This document shows, piece by piece, positions 58,178 to 64,000 of a stretch of DNA of 64,000 bases. Position 1 is the stretch's first letter; each line of letters opens with the position of its first letter. A program made the translations under genes and the position numbers. The stretch is from Syntrophomonadaceae bacterium (GTDB taxonomy: Bacteria; Bacillota; Syntrophomonadia; Syntrophomonadales; Syntrophomonadaceae), in NCBI GenBank assembly GCA_035647815.1, contig DASRMR010000020.1, forward strand, positions 12,870 through 76,869, given 5' to 3'. The notes under the pieces are model-generated. The model was not told where the DNA came from. It searched no databases and was given only the letters and a program-made list of their open reading frames with translations.

Positions 58178-58217
58178 TATTCCTTTTCCCGGTAGTTGTG
58201 ATTCGGGAAAAGGAATA
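58178..58217 (-). other. 14-bp perfect intercistronic hairpin between the Fe-S subunit and transporter genes
   Basis: TATTCCTTTTCCCG-N12-CGGGAAAAGGAATA. On the minus strand only a weak U-tract (TTTAC) follows. Confidence 0.6.
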
Positions 58218-58225
58218 AAGTTCCT

Positions 58226-59032
58226 TTAAATCTTCTCTAGAGGAACATCTTCTAATTTAATACTATCTTCTACTTTTATATTTTTCTCTTCATATGTTTT
58301 GTAGCCAGCTTTTTCTATTTTGATATTATAATTACCGGAAGGTAATTTTCTTAACCAAAAGTCACCGAAACAGTCGGTTCCCGTTTCCAATGTTTGATTG
58401 GTTTTGTTGCAAGTTAAAGAAACTAGTGCCTCCTCGATACACTCATCTTCTATAGGATCGAAGACTTCACCGGCGACAAAATTATGGAAACGATTGAGAT
58501 AATATACCCTCGGACTTAAGCCAAGTTCAGGTTGCATAACTTCTGCTTGGGCAATTAAATCTGCAAAGTCTTCTTCTTCGCCAAATTGTAATGCTCCAGT
58601 AGCACATGCATCAACACAGCGTGGAATACCACCTTCGTCTAACAAGTGAGCGCACCCGGTACATTTTTGGGGCAATTGTAAAAATTCGTTCCAATATATT
58701 TTGTTATATGGGCAAGTATCTACAATTTCTTTTTTGTTTTGAGCTTTTGTTGGGTCTATAATAACTAAACCGTCATCTCTTTTATAAACCGCTCCATCTT
58801 CAGTTATGCAAGGTGCATTATCGCAATGCATGCATGGAGTAGGGGTGTACTCAATTTTAACTTTCGGAGTCTGCCCATGGATTTTTTCATGAATTTTCAT
58901 CCAAAATTGTCCTGTATCTGGTTGGGGTTTGGCATAACTACCCCAGTCGTTATCAACATGCTCATCTTTACAGGCAATTTGACAATTATAGCAACCGTTA
59001 CATTTCGCAATGTCAACCACAAATACTTTCAT
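58226..59032 (-). CDS. Fe-S (multi-[4Fe-4S]) beta subunit with C-terminal carboxypeptidase-regulatory-like beta-sandwich domain (BthL-like)
   Basis: CNGCYNCQIAC, CMHCDNAPC and CTGCAHL...CVDAC motifs. The C-terminal ~70 aa (GDFWLRKLPSGNYNIKIEKAGYKTYEEKNIKV) look like a CarboxypepD_reg-type fold. Confidence 0.8.
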   Translation of the reverse strand: MKVFVVDIAKCNGCYNCQIACKDEHVDNDWGSYAKPQPDTGQFWMKIHEKIHGQTPKVKIEYTPTPCMHCDNAPCITEDGAVYKRDDGLVIIDPTKAQNKKEIVDTCPYNKIYWNEFLQLPQKCTGCAHLLDEGGIPRCVDACATGALQFGEEEDFADLIAQAEVMQPELGLSPRVYYLNRFHNFVAGEVFDPIEDECIEEALVSLTCNKTNQTLETGTDCFGDFWLRKLPSGNYNIKIEKAGYKTYEEKNIKVEDSIKLEDVPLEKI

Positions 59033-59035
59033 TGA

Positions 59036-61621
59036 TTAGACCTCCTTTTCTAGACAAGCTTCAAATGCTACACCTGAATCTTTGTCATATTGTTTTGCAA
59101 ATGCATCTGGATATTCTGTTCTAAGTTTTTTCATATCCGCTTTAGCAATGTTAACTAAAAACCCACTAGTTACTTCACCGGCACAATTTTGCGAGGTAGT
59201 ATTGCCGGGACAGATTAGGTTATTGGCCCCTCCACGATCTATTTTGCCTGCATCAATTGAATCTAACCTTGCACCATGATCTTGGTATACTACTCCAGGC
59301 TTGATTCGTTCAGTAACATAAGCACCGCCTAAAACGATACCCCTATCATTATAAACTTCTACTATATCACCTTGTTTAATATTTTCTTTTATAGCATCGA
59401 TGGGGTTGATCCATACAGGTTCGTATAAGTATCCATCTTTGCCCTCAACTTTACATGTTGGAATTTCTCTTAACCAAGAAATGTCGTCTAAGTTAGCATG
59501 AACACGCCATCTAGGATGGTTAGATACTATTAAATAAGGAAACTCTTCAGATCTGGAATGCAACATACTTTCCTGATGAGTTTTCCCGTAAGGAATAAAC
59601 TTAGGAACTGGCCCTCTTTCATCGTCATCCGGGAATTGTTCTTTTATATTAGTGGAGCTAAATTCTAGTTTACCTGTTGGTGTGCTAAGAGGAAATTGCT
59701 CTGGATCTTCATAAAAAGGAAAAAACCCTGGCGGATCATTTTCCCAATCTTCAGCAACTGGTATTACGATATATTCCTTATCACGAAATTCTTCATAGGA
59801 ATCAACATAATGAGCAACACCTGATTCTTCAAAACCGATTTTAATACAATCTTCAACAGTTTTTCCTTGGGTATATTCTTCGTAAAGGCCTAATTTTTTC
59901 GCAACTTCTGCAACAGCTTCCCAGTCGCTCTTGGATTCACCATATGGCTCAATGCATTGCCCTTCATGGTATAAAAGGTTATATTGTCCGCTCATGGTGT
60001 CGATTGCAATATCTTCGGTTTCAAACTTAGTATTGACTGGTAATATAATGTCTGCAAAATGACAATCATTTTCCATCCAAATGTGTTGCACGAGGAAAAA
60101 CTCAATGCTTTTATGGCGGATAGCTTCTATAAATCTATTTCCACCATTCCAGCAAGTAGTCCAACAAGGGGTGTCACTCCATATCATGCGAATAGGAGTT
60201 CCACCATCATCAATTGGGTATTTGTACTCAATAAATTGGTCTTCTGCAGGGTAGCCGGCCCTAGTATGTCCATACCAGGTAATTGGTTCTTCTGCGACAA
60301 TTGCGTCCGGAATTAGAGTTTTGGGGATAAACTGTCTTGTGTTTGGGGTAAACCCTAAAGTTCCGTTATAACATCCTTTAGTACTAGGGATTATCTCAGT
60401 ACGTGGCCCAGGGTTTTGGGAGTGTAAATTATATAGATTCCATTCGATCATCTTCATTTGGTTGCGCCCTGGTTTTCCTAACGCTTGCATGCCTAAAAGA
60501 CATATTTCTAGTCTGGCAGGTTCTGAGGCATAAGTTGAACGGATAAAAGAACCACCATTACCATGAGCTATAGTGACATCCTCTTTAGCCCATTTTCTTG
60601 CTAAAGCCTTGATAGTTCTAGATGGCACTCCACAAATAGGGGCAGCCCACTTAGGCGTTTTAGGGATTCCATCTTCTTCTCCCATAACATAGGCTTTAAA
60701 TTCTTCAAAGCCATGTGAATGGGTTTTAATATATTCTTTGTCATAAGTATCTTCAAGAATCCAAGTATAAGCAATCGCTAATTGTAGTGCTGAATCAGTA
60801 TTTGGGTATACAGGAATCCACTTATCGGCATGAACTGCTGCAGCATAGTTTAAGTCGGGGCAAATATAAATCATATCAATACCCAAATCTTTAAACCAAT
60901 AAGTTAAACGGCTAGCTTGCTGGCCACTCCATCCCCAGGGGGTAGTTTCTTGGTCACAACCCCAAAATAAAATGGTGTCAGTATTTTCGGAGACATCTTT
61001 CCATAGGTTTGTTTGCTCGCCTTGGCCAACAGGGTCTTGCCCCCAAATATGTTTCCCTCCCCAATACCATCCTTCCCAGCTATCGGCATTACGCGCTTGC
61101 ATAGTAGCAGATCCCAGTAGATCTAAAAGAGGAGCTTGGCATCCGTGCCCACCATGTACGGATTTTGTTTCTCCATGTCCGTCTGCTTGAGCCAAAATTG
61201 ATAAAGAGCTGTATTCTTCACAGACTCGATTGATTTCTTTTGCAATTAAATCAGTGGCTTCATCCCAAGATATACGAACATACTTACTAATTCCTCTGTT
61301 TTGGGGATTTCTTTCCCCTTCGGGATCCCAGTCTACCCTTTTTAGGGGATATGGGATTCTGTTAGGTGAAAACGCGCGTTTTTTATAAACAATACTAAAT
61401 GGTGGTGGAAACGATTTCATTCCGGGGTCAAATTCTTTACCCTTAGCTTTTAAAGTCCAAGGACGAAATCTTTCTGCTGGATAATTTTTGTCGTAGCGGA
61501 AAGGGCGCGTACGAATTATTTTGCCATCTTTCACATCAACTTCACAAGTATTGGAACCCATAGCAAAACCGCAAAAACCCAACCCTTTGATAACGGTTTT
61601 CTCCTTATTGTTGTTTGACAT
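59036..61621 (-). CDS. Molybdopterin oxidoreductase large subunit, pyrogallol-hydroxytransferase (AthL)-like architecture
   Basis: 861 aa with no N-terminal CxxCxxxC Fe-S motif and no Tat signal. Typical MopB core and C-terminal barrel (GDIVEVYNDRG). It is paired with a ~270-aa Fe-S beta subunit. Confidence 0.8.
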   Translation of the reverse strand: MSNNNKEKTVIKGLGFCGFAMGSNTCEVDVKDGKIIRTRPFRYDKNYPAERFRPWTLKAKGKEFDPGMKSFPPPFSIVYKKRAFSPNRIPYPLKRVDWDPEGERNPQNRGISKYVRISWDEATDLIAKEINRVCEEYSSLSILAQADGHGETKSVHGGHGCQAPLLDLLGSATMQARNADSWEGWYWGGKHIWGQDPVGQGEQTNLWKDVSENTDTILFWGCDQETTPWGWSGQQASRLTYWFKDLGIDMIYICPDLNYAAAVHADKWIPVYPNTDSALQLAIAYTWILEDTYDKEYIKTHSHGFEEFKAYVMGEEDGIPKTPKWAAPICGVPSRTIKALARKWAKEDVTIAHGNGGSFIRSTYASEPARLEICLLGMQALGKPGRNQMKMIEWNLYNLHSQNPGPRTEIIPSTKGCYNGTLGFTPNTRQFIPKTLIPDAIVAEEPITWYGHTRAGYPAEDQFIEYKYPIDDGGTPIRMIWSDTPCWTTCWNGGNRFIEAIRHKSIEFFLVQHIWMENDCHFADIILPVNTKFETEDIAIDTMSGQYNLLYHEGQCIEPYGESKSDWEAVAEVAKKLGLYEEYTQGKTVEDCIKIGFEESGVAHYVDSYEEFRDKEYIVIPVAEDWENDPPGFFPFYEDPEQFPLSTPTGKLEFSSTNIKEQFPDDDERGPVPKFIPYGKTHQESMLHSRSEEFPYLIVSNHPRWRVHANLDDISWLREIPTCKVEGKDGYLYEPVWINPIDAIKENIKQGDIVEVYNDRGIVLGGAYVTERIKPGVVYQDHGARLDSIDAGKIDRGGANNLICPGNTTSQNCAGEVTSGFLVNIAKADMKKLRTEYPDAFAKQYDKDSGVAFEACLEKEV

Positions 61622-61749
61622 TTAGAGACCTCCTTTATTTTAAAAAAAGACAACTTTTAAGTGCATGTAGATTTAATATAGTGCTTGTATTCACATACAC
61701 AAATTTTATTGAGAAGGGGCACAAAAATGCACCTCCTTAACAAAAAAAA

Positions 61750-61905
61750 CTAGTCTTTTTTTTCTTCCGGCGTTTCTTTTGGGGCTGCCCCCGGGGCTGA
61801 CAGGTCTGTTTTACAGTGAATGCAAACCTTATTTATAGCTGGATTAAACTTGTTACAATTAGGACATTTAATTGGTTTTTGTACACTAGGTGGTCTAAAG
61901 CACAT
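61750..61905 (-). CDS. 51-aa zinc-ribbon micro-protein (first ORF of the sigma-54 operon)
   Basis: Not in the ORF track. AAGGAGGG RBS lies 7 nt before ATG 61905. MCFRPPSVQKPIKCPNCNKFNPAINKVCIHCKTDLSAPGAAPKETPEEKKD has CPxC...CxxC. Confidence 0.55.
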   Translation of the reverse strand: MCFRPPSVQKPIKCPNCNKFNPAINKVCIHCKTDLSAPGAAPKETPEEKKD

Positions 61906-61957
61906 ATGCATACCCTCCTTAATTTTTTATTATTTTGTTGATACAGTATTTATATAA

Positions 61958-61973
61958 TGCATAAAACATGCCA
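61958..61973 (-). promoter_or_regulatory. Sigma-54 -24/-12 promoter (minus strand TGGCATGTTTTATGCA)
   Basis: Correct spacing. It lies 53 nt upstream of the zinc-ribbon ORF start and is divergent from the 62131 promoter. Confidence 0.7.
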
Positions 61974-62057
61974 ACCCTAATTTTAAAAAAGAAATACGGA
62001 CAAATCGCGATTACCAGACTTCAGTTAGAAAAAAGATACATGAAATAATTTATCAAA

Positions 62058-62081
62058 TCTCAAAAGAATCTCCATTTGAGA
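62058..62081. promoter_or_regulatory. Candidate shared enhancer (UAS) palindrome TCTCAA-N12-TTGAGA
   Basis: TCTCAAAAGAATCTCCATTTGAGA lies between two divergent sigma-54 promoters, 85 bp from one and 50 bp from the other. A site with identical arms and spacing occurs at 56522. Confidence 0.55.
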
Positions 62082-62130
62082 AAAAACGAAAATTGATTTT
62101 TGAATTTCCGGTTTGTCTATTAAAATTAAA

Positions 62131-62146
62131 TGGCACATTTTTTGCA
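62131..62146 (+). promoter_or_regulatory. Sigma-54 -24/-12 promoter (TGGCACATTTTTTGCA)
   Basis: Near-perfect consensus, 94 nt upstream of the GNAT ATG. Confidence 0.75.
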
Positions 62147-62239
62147 TAGTTAATACTGGCATAGGCTTTTTTAACTGATTAAAAAGAATTTAATCAATAA
62201 TAATTAAGGCCATATAAAAACGATGAAAAGGGGACAAGT

Positions 62240-62707
62240 ATGATTGAAGTTTGCTTTGCTGGAAAAAAAGATTTAGATACGCTTCAAGACATTTTATGGG
62301 AAAATGAAATGGGGCTAGCAGGCGATATCGAAGAACATGTTGTTCTTAAAAAAAATGAAAAAATAGTTGCCGGGGCAAAAATTGCTTATTTAGGCGATGA
62401 TTTCTTTCACTTAGAAGTGATAGGAGTAAAAAACGAATTACAGGGAAAGGGATATGGGAAGATCTTAATTGAAAAAATAATTCACAATCCCTGGTACTAT
62501 AGCCTTTACGAATCTCAAAAGGAAAATCATTTTAAGATAACTACTGTATCAAAGGGAACGAAAAAGGGTTTTTATCAACAACGCGGATTTATGCCTTGTG
62601 ATTTTACCGAACTTTTATATCCTTATAATGAACAATGTTGTGAATGTCCAGAAATGGCTGAATGTAATCCAGTTCCAATGATTCTTAAATGGGATTCGAA
62701 AGAATGA
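62240..62707 (+). CDS. GNAT-family N-acetyltransferase with Cys-rich C-terminal tail
   Basis: Acetyl-CoA loop ELQGKGYGKILIEKII (Q/R-x-x-G-x-G/A). The C-terminus carries CDF...EQCCECPEMAEC. Confidence 0.7.
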   Translation: MIEVCFAGKKDLDTLQDILWENEMGLAGDIEEHVVLKKNEKIVAGAKIAYLGDDFFHLEVIGVKNELQGKGYGKILIEKIIHNPWYYSLYESQKENHFKITTVSKGTKKGFYQQRGFMPCDFTELLYPYNEQCCECPEMAECNPVPMILKWDSKE

Positions 62708-62837
62708 AATGTTCAATAATTTGTTTTCATAAAAACACCGAACTCCTATAAGGAAAGTGAAAAACAAAACAAGGGATTCTTTATTTACCCCCCTAGCAAT
62801 TAACAATGTTTTTTTGCTCAACCGGATAGTTATGCCT

Positions 62838-62857
62838 CCCATGGTTTAAACCATGGG
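62838..62857. repeat. 20-bp perfect palindrome CCCATGGTTTAAACCATGGG
   Basis: Read directly from the sequence. It lies 130 nt after the GNAT stop and 190 nt before the 63047 promoter, with no T-tract. Confidence 0.6.
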
Positions 62858-63046
62858 ACAGAAAAAGGGGAAGTAACCAAAGCTATGCTCGAACATTTTA
62901 CCTTGACACACTTCTTTTAAGCACGCTTAGTATTATTTTCGCATTGGTAACATATCATCATCAACACTTTAAATTATTTTGCATAATTTTATTATAAATA
63001 ATTAATAAAAATATGCATTAATTGTTTAGAACTCATATTTAAAACT

Positions 63047-63062
63047 TGGCATGCTTTTTGCA
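63047..63062 (+). promoter_or_regulatory. Sigma-54 -24/-12 promoter (TGGCATGCTTTTTGCA)
   Basis: Near-perfect consensus, 56 nt upstream of TTG 63118. Confidence 0.75.
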
Positions 63063-63117
63063 TTTAATTTACTTGATGCTAGGTTTTTTGAAAAAGTTTA
63101 GAAAGGAGTTGACGAAA

Positions 63118-64000
63118 TTGCATTTACCAAAAGGGCTATTTTCCAAGACTTTGGAAGAAGCTTGTCAAGATATTACAACTAAATGTCTGGACTGTGAAAA
63201 GTGTTTAGTAAATTGCTTTCTAATTAATGAAATTAATGAACGGCCTAGAGAGATTGCTGAAAGAAAACCAACAGTTGACGAAGCATTTTCCTGCGCTCTT
63301 TGCGGATTATGTGCCACCATGTGTACAGCATCCTTAAATATAGGTGAGATGTTTAATTTAAAAAGGGTCGAAGCTATTAAAATAGGTCAAATAGATGCTG
63401 ACGACTATTGCTATATTTTCCCGGATAGACCGGAAACGGTTATGAGCACTTTTAGGGACTACTATAAAGTTGACTATTCGAAAATGAATAAAGATATTCC
63501 ATCAGAAACAGCGTTTCTGCCAGGTTGCACATTGATGACATATTCTCCTAATTTAACAAAAGAAATATACGAGACACTAGCCAAAGATAATAACAATCCC
63601 TTGTTTTTTGAAGATTGTTGTGGCTTGACTATGTATCATATAGGGCTTCCTGAAAGGGGAGATAAAATTAAAGAAAGCTTAAGGGAAAAGGCGCGGATAT
63701 TAGGAGTAAAAAAGATTATTACAGCTTGCCCTAATTGCTATTACCAACTAAAAGACGAAGCTGCATTCAAAGACATACAGATTTTGACTGTATATGAAGC
63801 ACTAAAAGACCATTTTGTTCAAGCAGATGGCCAAGAAACATATGCGGTTCATGATACTTGCCCGGACCGATTCGAAGGAATTTTTGGTAAACATGTTAGA
63901 GAAAACCTCGATCTTATGGGATATAAAAGAGTAGAATTGAAAAATTGCGGTAAAAATGCTGTTTGTTGTGGGAGTAGTGGACAATTAGGACATTTTAGAC
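63118..64000 (+). CDS. Fe-S / CCG-domain oxidoreductase, paralog of 47254..48387 (partial, runs off the window end)
   Basis: Not in the ORF track because there is no stop within the window. GAAAGGAG RBS precedes TTG 63118. The translation LDCEKCLVNC...FSCALCGLCATMC...FLPGCTLMTYSPNL...EDCCGLT...ACPNCYYQL...VHDTCPDRFEGIFG...VCCGSSGQLGHFR is colinear with the 47254 product. Confidence 0.85.
   Translation, partial: MHLPKGLFSKTLEEACQDITTKCLDCEKCLVNCFLINEINERPREIAERKPTVDEAFSCALCGLCATMCTASLNIGEMFNLKRVEAIKIGQIDADDYCYIFPDRPETVMSTFRDYYKVDYSKMNKDIPSETAFLPGCTLMTYSPNLTKEIYETLAKDNNNPLFFEDCCGLTMYHIGLPERGDKIKESLREKARILGVKKIITACPNCYYQLKDEAAFKDIQILTVYEALKDHFVQADGQETYAVHDTCPDRFEGIFGKHVRENLDLMGYKRVELKNCGKNAVCCGSSGQLGHFR

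Noticed and set aside
1-64000. A search by eye for rRNA, tRNA, CRISPR arrays, intact transposases or integrases, toxin-antitoxin pairs and known defence-system signatures.
   Set aside because: I found no regularly spaced direct-repeat arrays, no cloverleaf-like or rRNA-like conserved blocks, and no intact mobile-element or defence genes. Only the decayed IS3-like fragment near 49.7 kb was seen. A tRNAscan, Infernal or CRISPR-finder run would be needed to be definitive.

Overview
This is a low-GC chromosome segment from an endospore-former-type Firmicute; SASP, gpr, ylbJ and SLH domains are all present.

**Backbone (1 to ~39 kb).** Conserved housekeeping genes lie in an order resembling the Bacillus ylb / plsX-acpP-rnc-smc-ftsY region:
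- nth, an MCP, ileS, recG, SASPs plus gpr, rsmD, ylbJ, a patatin-like lipase, tmcAL and pta-ackA
- yceD-rpmF-plsX-acpP-rnc, birA, smc and ftsY
- an mtnP-mtnA-aldolase-mtaD salvage cluster, then mobB-moeA

**Insertion in the backbone (20.3-25.8 kb).** A minus-strand four-gene operon sits behind a clear cobalamin riboswitch with an intrinsic terminator. It encodes only secreted proteins: two prenyltransferase-like alpha/alpha-toroid repeat proteins, a DUF4430 lipoprotein and a DUF4430 protein with three SLH repeats. I read this as a split, cell-wall-anchored, transcobalamin-like B12 capture module.

**Accessory region (~39-64 kb).** This is the main hunt result. I count six matches to the sigma-54 -24/-12 consensus (TGGCAY-N5-TTGCA type, correct GG-to-GC spacing). 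Each sits in front of an operon, around a single sigma-54 enhancer-binding protein gene (50088..52121). They drive:
- an RHH protein, a 4-gene ABC importer, a nucleoside hydrolase and an APH-family kinase
- a CCG-domain Fe-S protein with a DUF169-ferredoxin fusion, plus a second CCG paralog at the window end
- two paralogous modules, each made of a cytoplasmic molybdopterin oxidoreductase, an Fe-S subunit and a DASS/SLC13 anion transporter; one enzyme has pyrogallol-hydroxytransferase-like alpha/beta architecture
- a 51-aa zinc-ribbon micro-ORF
- a divergent GNAT

Two of the promoters share an upstream palindrome, TCTCAA-N12-TTGAGA.

**Other points.** A decayed IS3-type transposase remnant and a visibly higher G+C stretch (~39-49 kb) suggest horizontal acquisition. 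I saw no rRNA, tRNA or CRISPR. All functional calls rest on motif-level reading of the translations; I ran no database searches.
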